Shown here one piece after another: positions 33,598-46,100 of a stretch of 64,000 nt of DNA. The stretch is from NCBI GenBank assembly GCA_017475705.1, contig JAFVFB010000012.1:60525-124524 (forward strand), written 5' to 3'. The DNA comes from Alphaproteobacteria bacterium (lineage in GTDB: Bacteria; Pseudomonadota; Alphaproteobacteria; RF32; CAG-239). Position 1 is the stretch's first letter. The number at the start of each line of letters is the position of its first letter. A program made the translations under genes and the position numbers. The notes beneath the pieces were generated by a model that saw only the letters and a program-made list of their open reading frames with translations, made no database searches and was not told the origin of the DNA.

Positions 33598-34089
33598 ATG
33601 AAAAAACTTAAAAACTTTTTCCGCTTTTGCACAATAAGCACCATAACATTGGTGCTTTTAACCATTGTAGCCAGATTTATTTTTCGCATGATATGGCATT
33701 TTGATATCTTAGATAAACACTCATATCAGCTAATGGCAGAATACTGGAATAGTGGCGGCATCTTTAATTCCTTACAAGATTATAGTCTCGGTTTAATGTT
33801 TCTGTCTTTGCCGATTATCTGGCTCTGGATAAGTTATAAAACATATAGATTTGGTTTGATGAGATTATTATCTCTTCCAATTACAAAGATATATCGGTAT
33901 TTAACGCGGCCGGAAACCTATGATGTGGAACACGTGAAAATAAAAAATCTGCGCGGCAAAGAAAAAAATATAGAGGAACTCATCGCTGAAAAGATAAAAG
34001 AAGAAAACCCTAATAGTGGCGCGGCTCATACCGTAAAAAATTTGCGAGCACAAATTTCTGCAAGAATAGGAGAAAATAAAAAACAATAA
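33598..34089 (+). CDS. small membrane protein, paralog of the N-terminal module of the next gene
   Basis: 163 aa with 2-3 TM. Shares the motif WHFDIL...YWNSGG...SLP.IWLW with the N-terminus of the 34145 ORF. Confidence 0.45.
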   Translation: MKKLKNFFRFCTISTITLVLLTIVARFIFRMIWHFDILDKHSYQLMAEYWNSGGIFNSLQDYSLGLMFLSLPIIWLWISYKTYRFGLMRLLSLPITKIYRYLTRPETYDVEHVKIKNLRGKEKNIEELIAEKIKEENPNSGAAHTVKNLRAQISARIGENKKQ

Positions 34090-34107
34090 TCACTTTTTAA
34101 CCAATCA

Positions 34108-34124
34108 TTATCTACAATAGATAA
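34108..34124. promoter_or_regulatory. perfect 7-3-7 palindrome TTATCTACAATAGATAA, candidate operator upstream of the 34145 gene
   Basis: Read directly from the sequence, in the 55-nt intergenic spacer. Confidence 0.3.
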
Positions 34125-34144
34125 TAAGAAAGTCGGAGAATAAC

Positions 34145-35437
34145 TTGAAACCATTGCTAATTATATTAAAAACTCTGATAATAGGCTATCTCTGGAGCAT
34201 CGTCTTCATAGATGGTATCAGGGTTTTGTTGTTAGTAAATTGGCATTTTGATATTTTTTTAAGAGAGCATTGGCGTTTATTAAGTGATAAATGGAATAGC
34301 GGAGCTCCGATTAGCCGCTCAGAGTTTGCATTTTTTCTAATCCTTGTTAGTTCAATACCATTATGGGTAGCCGGCTGGATAGGCTTGTGTTTAATAAAAT
34401 GGGATAGATTTTTCAAAAAGCTATTTATGTGGCCAGTGTATTTATACAAGAAATTAACATTGAAGAAAAAGCCGCCGATCGTAATAAAGAAAAAATCTGT
34501 CACAGAAGAAACAAAAACAACCTCCAAAGCCAGTGTGGCTAAAAAAGTGCCTGTCAAAAAGGTGGGTTTACCTTCAGCAACCTTAATGCAATCAAATGTT
34601 AACAACAATATGTCATCATCAATGCGGCCAACCTCAAATTATATAGCAGCAAGCAAGAAGAATCCAGAAGCACCAACGACGCATGCTTTATTTAATTTTG
34701 ATGACGATGATTTTGATTTGGATTTTGACTTAGATAAAAAAACACCTGAAAAAGAAGATTATGGCATTCCCTCTGCGCTAAAAGTAGACGAACCACAACC
34801 CAAAGAAAAAGCTAAAGATTCAGCAGATAGTATCATTTCAAATTTTGACACCAATTTCTTAGAGAACAAGCCTAAAAACAATAATCACAAAGACAACCAG
34901 TCAAAGCCGAAATCCACACCGGCTCCAGCAAGAGAATCTCACACGCCGATTTTAGATATCCTAAAACAAAAAGGGTATGACATCATTCCATCTGCAGTTA
35001 TTAAAAATACTACCATTGACTATATCGCTGTGTCCAAGCAACAACTGATCCTATGTCTGGTAGATAAAGAAATTGGCGACTGGTTAGCAGACGAGGAGAA
35101 ATTTAATGATGAAGAGCCACTATGGTTTTCAGAAAGTAGCCATAGAATATCTCCAGTACGCAAAATAGATGTTGCAAGAGATATTTTACGTACTAAGCTT
35201 ATTGCTGCAGATATGAATTTTGAAATTGTTTCTTATGTCATCATACAATCAGGCAACATCATTAACGCTGAAGATATGTTTGAAATATGGAGTGAGATGA
35301 ATATTAATGTAACCAGAATTAATCGCGGCAGCCCTAAAGAAATTCGCTTATTTTCTAAATCATTAGAAAATTGTGAAGATAAAATAGATAAAAACATATT
35401 TGAAAAACTTAAAAAACTAATTCGTAGTTTGGCGTAA
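34145..35437 (+). CDS. membrane-anchored protein: shared 2-TM N-module, K-rich disordered linker, C-terminal NERD/restriction-endonuclease-like domain (tentative)
   Basis: 430 aa. N-terminus NWHFDIFL...KWNSGAP...SIPLWVAGW is paralogous to the preceding ORF. The C-terminal ~180 aa (IDYIAVSKQQLILCLVDKEIGDW) resembles a NERD-type core. Confidence 0.45.
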   Translation: MKPLLIILKTLIIGYLWSIVFIDGIRVLLLVNWHFDIFLREHWRLLSDKWNSGAPISRSEFAFFLILVSSIPLWVAGWIGLCLIKWDRFFKKLFMWPVYLYKKLTLKKKPPIVIKKKSVTEETKTTSKASVAKKVPVKKVGLPSATLMQSNVNNNMSSSMRPTSNYIAASKKNPEAPTTHALFNFDDDDFDLDFDLDKKTPEKEDYGIPSALKVDEPQPKEKAKDSADSIISNFDTNFLENKPKNNNHKDNQSKPKSTPAPARESHTPILDILKQKGYDIIPSAVIKNTTIDYIAVSKQQLILCLVDKEIGDWLADEEKFNDEEPLWFSESSHRISPVRKIDVARDILRTKLIAADMNFEIVSYVIIQSGNIINAEDMFEIWSEMNINVTRINRGSPKEIRLFSKSLENCEDKIDKNIFEKLKKLIRSLA

Positions 35438-37629
35438 TTATTTAATAGAGGAATAAATGGTAAGAGAAAGAGGGAAAGAGTGGGAAGAATATGATAAAGC
35501 CGTCCGGTGGATGGCTACCACGTTTATCATATCTGTCGTGGTCGCAATGGTGCTGGTTTATTTGTCTCAGCCTATAGCCTATCTGGTGCAAAAAGGTGTA
35601 TCCAAAGAAAACGTTGATGTTGCAGTAAGATTTCTGAAAAAATCACTGGCAGATCCCGGATTTTTATATGATAGATATATAAGATGGTTCAAGCAAGCAA
35701 TGCGTTACAGTGGAGCTTTTAAGCCCAGCTTATGGATACCGATATTGCCATTTATAATGTTTCCACTGATATTAATTATTGGAGGCATTAAGTGTCCATA
35801 TAAATTCCAGTCCAATATTCATGGTTCTGCACATATCGCTACTTTAAGAGATATCGAAAAGATGGAACTGCTTGGCTTCGATGGATTTTGCATGGTTGTT
35901 GGCAAGTTCCAAGGTAAGATGTTGAAATTAAAAGAAACATTATCAACACTATGCTGTGCACCTCCTGGTACAGGTAAAACAGTAGGTATTGTTATTCCAA
36001 CAATTTTTAATTCTGAAGGTCTGAGTATCATTGTAAACGACCCAAAACCCGAGTTATGCTACAAAACTACGGGAGCAAGAAATAAAGTTGGTCCGGTATT
36101 TGTTATAAACTGGGGGAAAGAAGATAATCCAGAAACTGGTGAATACTATCCAAGCTGGAACCCACTTTCACCAGGGGCCTTGCCAATGCCTGGTCCAGCG
36201 CGAGATTTGTACGTAGATTCAATGTGTAATACGCTGGTAGAAGATCCCAAGGGTAATGCTGACCCGCACTGGTCAAAAACAGGTCGTAGTGCGTTGTGCG
36301 GTTTCATACATTTTATATCTTCAAAATGCGAGAGAGCTCTTGCTAATGAAAAGTTTATCCAAAAAATTTATGAAGGTTCACTAACAGCAGAAGACAAAGC
36401 AGAATTAATTAATTACTATAGTGACATGAGCATGGGTGGCCTGCGTACAAATGCCGCTCAAGCTATTTCAGATATACAAAATGATAATCTGACTATAGAA
36501 AATTATTTACCGATAGGGACATGGAATCTTCTACCGGAAAAATGGATAAATCATGAACCGTGTATGGCTATGATATTGGAATGGATAACCAGTTCACAAA
36601 TAGAGCAGGCTAATGATATTCGCCGCCGACTGGAAGAAGGTGACCAAATGGCTGCAATGGCAGACCCAATGCGAGATTTGCTAGATGCAGCAGTAGAAGA
36701 GGCGAACAATTATGGTTATTCCCGCCGCTGTGTAACGGAGCTAAGTGCCTTAAGTGCAATGCCGGATAAAGAGCGCGGTTCTGTTTTATCAACAGGTTTA
36801 ACCGGTATTGGTATATTTAAGAACTCAGCCGTCGTTGCCCGAACAAGCTTTTCTGATATCCAATTTAAAGATTTGCGAGGGATGAAAGACCCTGTCACTG
36901 GTGAATGGCGGCCAATTTCCGTATATCTTTCTGTAAATCAAACAGATGCGCAAGCCTTAAATCCTATCAGCGCAACATTCGTAGACTTGATGAGTGCTTA
37001 TTTAATTTCTAATCCACCTAATGCGGTTAATAAATCAGATGGCAAAATGGGGCCATTTCCAGTACTATTTGTGCTCGACGAGTTTCCGCAAATGCCAAAA
37101 TTAAAAGCGGTTATAGACGGTCCTGCTGTTGGTCGTGGTCAAAAGGTTGCATATTTATTGATAGGACAAGATTTAGGGCAAATTTCTGGGAAATACGGTA
37201 AGGATGACCTCGAAACAGTTATCTCAACCACGGCCTGCAAAGTTATCTTATCACAAAACAATGAACAAACCGCACAGCGTTTTTCAAAGATGATTGGTAA
37301 TAAAACAGTACAAACCACATCTTTTTCACGCAGTGAAGGAGGTATAAGCAACAAAGACTTTAATCCATTTTCTAAAAATGTAAGTTACCAATTGCAAGGT
37401 GTCTCAGCCATTAGTACCAATGACCTATTGAGTCTACCGATGCTTAAGCAAGTTGTTTTAATGCAAGGCTACATTGATACACCGATTATGGCAGATTCAC
37501 CTCGTTGGTATCTTGATAAAAAGATGAGAGAGCTGGCATCATTACCTCCATCGCCAAATGTTCCGGACTGGATTGTTGCTCAAAGAACAGATGAAAATGA
37601 AGATATACTGTCCAAACTTGGAATAGATT

Positions 37630-40564
<2,935 letters not shown>

Positions 40565-40670
40565 TTAAAATAATGCAGTGTTTCAATAAAAAATAAGTAC
40601 AGCCCAATAAAGATTTTTGTTGCAAGTTGAATTAAGATAGGTATCATATTATATGTAACTAAAATTTTTA

Positions 40671-41222
40671 TTGGAGGCAACAATAGCTACAGAAAACACA
40701 AATGCGCCAGTACGAGAAGCAGACGGACCACGCATAAATCAAGAGATAAAAGTAAAAGAAGTACGTTTAATAAATTATAATGGGGAAAATTTGGGTGTTG
40801 TGCCAATTGCAGAAGCGCTGCACATAGCCTCAGAAGTCGGGCTAGATTTGATAGAAATTTCCCCTCAAGTAACTCCCCCGGTTTGCAAAGTGCTAGACTA
40901 TGGTAAATATAAATATGAGTTACAGAAAAAGAAAAATGAAGCCAAGAAAAATCAAAAGGTTGTTAATATCAAAGAGCTTAAGTTACGCCCGATGATAGAA
41001 GCGCATGATTATGAAGTCAAATTAAAGCAAGCAAAGAAGTTTTTATCGCAAGGTGATAAGGTAAAGTTTACGATGCGCTACAAGGGTCGTGAGCTAAGTG
41101 CTAATGATATGGGCAAAGAAGTCCTAAATAAGTTGATAGAAGATTTAGAAGGTCTATGCAAGGTTGATGCTGCTCCTAAGTTAGAGGGTAAGCAAATGTT
41201 TGTTGTGGTGTCGCCAGCGTAG
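40671..41222 (+). CDS. infC: translation initiation factor IF-3
   Basis: 183 aa. Starts with a non-ATG codon (TTG). Matches IF-3 across N- and C-domains (INQEIKVKEVRLI...PPVCKVLDYGKYKYE...). Confidence 0.9.
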   Translation: MEATIATENTNAPVREADGPRINQEIKVKEVRLINYNGENLGVVPIAEALHIASEVGLDLIEISPQVTPPVCKVLDYGKYKYELQKKKNEAKKNQKVVNIKELKLRPMIEAHDYEVKLKQAKKFLSQGDKVKFTMRYKGRELSANDMGKEVLNKLIEDLEGLCKVDAAPKLEGKQMFVVVSPA

Positions 41223-41245
41223 CAAAATATATATTTTATCAGGTT

Positions 41246-41287
41246 AAGGCAGTTTAATCAAGGATGATTAGCTGCCTTATTTTTTAT
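41246..41287 (+). terminator. intrinsic terminator after infC
   Basis: Long hairpin AAGGCAGTTTAATCA-AGGA-TGATTAGCTGCCTT followed by ATTTTTTAT. Confidence 0.6.
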
Positions 41288-41582
41288 ACTTTACTTTTCT
41301 TATTTTTATTTATAGAGTAAAAGCGGACAGGGTGTTCTTGTCTGGGGTGTGGAAACCTCTTCAAGGAAATAGAAGGAACGTATGATTGTCCGTCTCACAG
41401 TTGTGTTTATTTAAATACATGACTGGAAGGCGACAAAATACGCCGCTTTGAGACTCATATATAACTGCAGATGTATATGCCGTTTAGGCTAATATGTCGC
41501 ACAATCCTTGAATTGTTTCCAACTTCCAGTCGCTTTATAGCGACTTTTTCTTTGACTTAGGAGCTAAAAAAGGAAGTTGATT

Positions 41583-44500
41583 ATGAAGAAACAAAAGAAC
41601 AAGCAAGCTAAAAAAGCATCAAAATTGGCAAAGGCCGAGAACTTAAAGAAAAAACCAGCACAATTTATTACGGTTAAAAATGCCGAGGGTGATCCCGATA
41701 CAACCGCCGAAATCCTCATTCAAAACCAAATCGATTATACGCCGAAAGTATCGGTGATTATTCCAGTTTATAATGTGGAACAATACCTGCGCGAATGCTT
41801 GGATAGTGTTGTTAACCAAACATTGAAAGAGATAGAAATCATCTGCGTGGACGATGGCTCAACCGATTCTTCATTGGAAATCCTCAAAGAATACGCCGCA
41901 AAAGACAAGCGTATGACAGTTATCCGCCAGCAAAATCTCCATGCCGGTGTCGCCCGCAATGCCGGTCTATCACAAGCAAAAGGAGAATACCTCAGCTTCC
42001 TCGATTCCGACGACTTCTTCGAACTCAATATGCTAGAGGAGATTTATGACAAATCTAAGCAAAATGATGACGATATTTTTATTTATAATTATGATTTTTA
42101 TGACAATGACAAGAACTTATACAAAGAATCATATAAATATAATTCAAGGTATTTGCAACAAGAGGGGTTTTCTGCAAAAGATTATCCGAAAAATATCTAT
42201 TTTTTAGCGACACCAAATGCATGGACAAAGCTCTTCAAAAGAACCTTAATTGTAACCAACAGTATTTACTTTGAAAATTGCCCAAGTTGCAACGATATTA
42301 CTTTTGTAGATACGGCTCTTTCTGTTGCGGAAAGGATAAACGTATCAAACAATGTATATGTACATTACAGAATAAATTCAGGTATAAATATATCAAACAA
42401 CAGAGAAGTAAAAGCTTTTTCAATCATTCATGCGATGAAAAAACTAAAGTCAAATCTTGAAAGACTAAAAGTGTATAAAATATTTCGAGATAATTTTGAA
42501 AAGCAGTTAGTTGTTCGTGCAAAATCGGAGATTTTAAAAGCTGATACAGTTTTTAAAACAAAATTCTTAGCAGAATTTAAAAATATTTTTGCTGATGATT
42601 TATACAATGAACTTCTGAAAGAATTAGAGGTAAAAGTCTCAATCATTATTCCAATTTATAATGCTGAAAAATATTTACGTGAATGCTTGGATAGTGTTGT
42701 CAATCAAACTTTAAAAAATATTGAAATTATTTGTGTCAATGATTGTTCTACTGATGGTTCATTAGAAATTATAAAAGAATATGCCAGTAAAGATGGGCGT
42801 ATCATAATTGTCAATAATGATAAAAATACCGGAGCTCCAGGTGCGGTAAAAAATATTGGTATGCAGCATGCCTCAGGTGTATATATTGGTATTGTCGACT
42901 CTGATGATTATATTGATTTAAACTATTTTGAAGAGTTGTATAATGTTGCAGTAAAAAACAATGCTGATATTTCATCTATATCTAGTATTATTAAATTTTC
43001 AGGAAAAAAACAAACACCTATTATACTTGATACAAAAGGGAAAACAATACTTAGCAACCCAAAAGACAAAACCCCACTAATGAGAATATCTAGCACAAAT
43101 TCTGCACGAATATACAGAAGGGAACTACTGGAAAAATACCATCTTAGATGCTATGATAAATTTTCAACAGCAGAAGACAACTTATTTTCGATGGAAGTTA
43201 TGAGTGTGGCTAATAAAATAGCGATGGTGCCAAATATAACTTACCATTATAGGCAACGTGAAGGGAGTGTCACCGGACGAAAGAGAACCAAAGAACATTT
43301 TAATATTTTTGATATTTACCTAATGATAGATAAATTCATATCTAAAACCTTTAGCGGAGAAGAAAAAAACTTATATTTAACAGCTGTTAACGAACGGAAA
43401 AAGTTAGATTTTAAATGGTTTTTAAATTCTTTAGATATCAACTATTTACAAGAATTTAAGGAAAAACTATTAAATGTATTTCCTTTGGTATACAAACACT
43501 TGTTCTTAAATGAAATACCTATAATTTTAGCATCTGATGATAACTATGCGCCATTTATGTACACAACAATGGTATCAATTTTAGAAAATGCAAAAGAAAC
43601 AACTTATTATGACTTTTATCTTATGGTTCCATCTGCATTTTCTAAAAACAACGAAAAAACAATTTTGACCCTAAAAGATAAATACAATTGCGATATTCAA
43701 TTTTTGGATATGAAAGATGCTTTCTCGGACTTGACTATGCAAATATCGCATATTACATCGCCAACTTATTACCGTTTGCTTGCAGGAGATTTATTGCCTA
43801 AAGAATATGATAAATGTATTTATCTGGATGTTGATATCTGTGTTTGCCAAGATTTGAGCGAACTTTATAATATTGACATGGGTAATAATTATATTGCCGG
43901 AGTTGTTGCAGCAGGTTATTATTTTTCTGAAGCGGCAAACTGTAAACGATTAAATCTGCCATCAATGCGAACATATGTTAATGCCGGTGTTTTGCTGATG
44001 AATTTAAAACAAATTCGTCAAGACAGGATGACAGAGAAGTTTGTTGAATTATCTAAGAAAAATTACTCATCTCAAGACCAAGATGTTGTAAATATTGCGT
44101 GTTATGGCAAAATTATAACATTGCCACCTAAATACAATGCGATGACTACGAGGCTACAGCAAAATGACGCGCGTTTAAGAGATTTATATTCAGAAGAAGA
44201 TATTTGGAAAGCAAATAAACATCCATATATTATTCACTATGCAGATAAAAATAAACCATGGAATAGTAGCTTTGTCTATATGGAACAATACTGGTGGAAT
44301 ATTGCAAGAAAAACTCCATATATTGATTTATTTAAAATAGATGCATCATTTTATAAAACTCAGCTAGAGCAATGGTGGTATAGAGCGAAGAAAACTTCAT
44401 TAAACCTAGATAATCCTAAAACTTTTAATGAAAAAATTCAATGGATGAAACTATATGATTCGACACCGCTTAAAACGCGTTTAGCAGATAAATATCTGGT

Positions 44501-46046
44501 GCGTGACTGGGTAAAGGAAAAAATCGGTGAGGAATTTTTGATTCCGCTGTTAGGTGTTTATGATAGGTTTGAAGATATTGATTTTGACAAGCTTCCAAAT
44601 CAGTTTGTCATCAAATGCAATCATGGTAGTGCTTACAATATTATTGTTAAGGATAAATCAAAGCTGGATTTAGTAGATGCAAAAGCAAAACTTGATAAGT
44701 GGATGAATGAAGACTTTGCTTTTAAGTCGGTAGAACTTCATTATCGTGACATAGAACATAAAATCATTATTGAAAAGTATATGGATGATGGAACTGGGGA
44801 TTTAAGAGATTACAAATATACTTGCTTTAATGGAAAACCAGAGTTTATTTGGATAGACAGCGATAGACATACTAAACACAAACGTAATTTATATGACTTA
44901 AACTGGAAACAATTACCATATAAAGTTAATTCGCATTATGACACATTTCCATCACCAGATAAACCAGAACGCTTAGATGAAATGACACAACTTGCTAAGA
45001 TATTAAGCGAAGGATTTTCTTATGTTCGTGTTGATTTCTACATAATAAATGGGAAAATTTATTTCGGAGAAATGACATTTACATCGTCTAGTGGAACTGA
45101 AGATATTGTTCCTGAAAGTTTTGATAGGTATTTAGCTAAAAAGATTAAACTTCCCAAACTCGCCTACAATATTGATACCGGTGAGTATTATAAATTGCCG
45201 AAACCAAGTAAACTCGCCCCATATCTCTTCTTCCCGTATTATCTGTTCAAGGTGGCGCAGATGCGTAAGAAGGTGTTTGCGTTAACAACAGATAAAATAT
45301 TATCTGAATTTACCAAGATGCGGATAGATATTAAAAATAGCGGCACTGCTAAAAATGCTTTGTCTATCACGGCACCAAAAGCAAATATTGATACCCCAGC
45401 TTGGTTTACAAATGCAAGGGGTATCGGACAGATGGTGCAAGGCAATAACCTCAAACAAACCATAAAAATCAAAGCAATTAATGATGGAAAATTAATCTTT
45501 GATTTCCGCGGGCAAGATAAAAGAGATAAAGAAAATCAACGCATTCCGCTATGGTGCGACTATCAGTCTATTAAAATTGATGGCAAAAAGATTAATGATA
45601 AAAAAGAGCAAACATGGCACGATAAACCTTATCACTATGAAATGCCCGTAAAAGATGGGCAAGAGGTTAAAGTTGAAATCGAACAAACCTATCATCGCTA
45701 TATGGAAGGTGATCTTCGCGATACAATATTAGAGCTGTTTCCTAGTGACAAATACATTACCGAAAATATTGATAAATTAACCGCGAAAATCTTTCATTTT
45801 ATAGAATCTAAAGCATCTGCTAAAACATTAAAGCAAAAACTTACAAAAAAAGAGGCGAGCCTAAAGCTATTTAAGGTTTTGCCGATTGCCAGTTTTCGGC
45901 ATAGCGGTGGCAAAAAAGTTTGGAAGATTTTTGGCCTGCCAGTGTTCAAAAAGCGCATGACAAATAATGGAAACACCACAAAATACTACATACTAGGCAT
46001 AAATTTGCTGCAATTAAATAAAAAGACAACCGATGTCTTGCGTTAG
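41583..46046 (+). CDS. multidomain glycosyltransferase: GT2 + GT2 + GT8 + TupA-like ATP-grasp + unknown C-terminal domain
   Basis: About 1487 aa from the ATG 7 nt after the RBS AGGAAG. Two GT-A modules (VIIPVYN..DGSTD..DSDD), a GT8 module (DVDICV, HYADKNKPWN), a TupA-like ATP-grasp module (KCNHGS...) and a ~280 aa C-terminal domain. Confidence 0.8.
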   Translation: MKKQKNKQAKKASKLAKAENLKKKPAQFITVKNAEGDPDTTAEILIQNQIDYTPKVSVIIPVYNVEQYLRECLDSVVNQTLKEIEIICVDDGSTDSSLEILKEYAAKDKRMTVIRQQNLHAGVARNAGLSQAKGEYLSFLDSDDFFELNMLEEIYDKSKQNDDDIFIYNYDFYDNDKNLYKESYKYNSRYLQQEGFSAKDYPKNIYFLATPNAWTKLFKRTLIVTNSIYFENCPSCNDITFVDTALSVAERINVSNNVYVHYRINSGINISNNREVKAFSIIHAMKKLKSNLERLKVYKIFRDNFEKQLVVRAKSEILKADTVFKTKFLAEFKNIFADDLYNELLKELEVKVSIIIPIYNAEKYLRECLDSVVNQTLKNIEIICVNDCSTDGSLEIIKEYASKDGRIIIVNNDKNTGAPGAVKNIGMQHASGVYIGIVDSDDYIDLNYFEELYNVAVKNNADISSISSIIKFSGKKQTPIILDTKGKTILSNPKDKTPLMRISSTNSARIYRRELLEKYHLRCYDKFSTAEDNLFSMEVMSVANKIAMVPNITYHYRQREGSVTGRKRTKEHFNIFDIYLMIDKFISKTFSGEEKNLYLTAVNERKKLDFKWFLNSLDINYLQEFKEKLLNVFPLVYKHLFLNEIPIILASDDNYAPFMYTTMVSILENAKETTYYDFYLMVPSAFSKNNEKTILTLKDKYNCDIQFLDMKDAFSDLTMQISHITSPTYYRLLAGDLLPKEYDKCIYLDVDICVCQDLSELYNIDMGNNYIAGVVAAGYYFSEAANCKRLNLPSMRTYVNAGVLLMNLKQIRQDRMTEKFVELSKKNYSSQDQDVVNIACYGKIITLPPKYNAMTTRLQQNDARLRDLYSEEDIWKANKHPYIIHYADKNKPWNSSFVYMEQYWWNIARKTPYIDLFKIDASFYKTQLEQWWYRAKKTSLNLDNPKTFNEKIQWMKLYDSTPLKTRLADKYLVRDWVKEKIGEEFLIPLLGVYDRFEDIDFDKLPNQFVIKCNHGSAYNIIVKDKSKLDLVDAKAKLDKWMNEDFAFKSVELHYRDIEHKIIIEKYMDDGTGDLRDYKYTCFNGKPEFIWIDSDRHTKHKRNLYDLNWKQLPYKVNSHYDTFPSPDKPERLDEMTQLAKILSEGFSYVRVDFYIINGKIYFGEMTFTSSSGTEDIVPESFDRYLAKKIKLPKLAYNIDTGEYYKLPKPSKLAPYLFFPYYLFKVAQMRKKVFALTTDKILSEFTKMRIDIKNSGTAKNALSITAPKANIDTPAWFTNARGIGQMVQGNNLKQTIKIKAINDGKLIFDFRGQDKRDKENQRIPLWCDYQSIKIDGKKINDKKEQTWHDKPYHYEMPVKDGQEVKVEIEQTYHRYMEGDLRDTILELFPSDKYITENIDKLTAKIFHFIESKASAKTLKQKLTKKEASLKLFKVLPIASFRHSGGKKVWKIFGLPVFKKRMTNNGNTTKYYILGINLLQLNKKTTDVLR

Positions 46047-46050
46047 AAAC

Positions 46051-46090
46051 AAAAAAATCCGCCGATGTTTAATCGGCGGATTCCTTTTCT
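46051..46090. terminator. bidirectional intrinsic terminator between the GT gene and fba
   Basis: AATCCGCCGAT-GTTTA-ATCGGCGGATT hairpin flanked by an A-run and a T-run. Confidence 0.6.
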
Positions 46091-46100
46091 AAATAAAATC

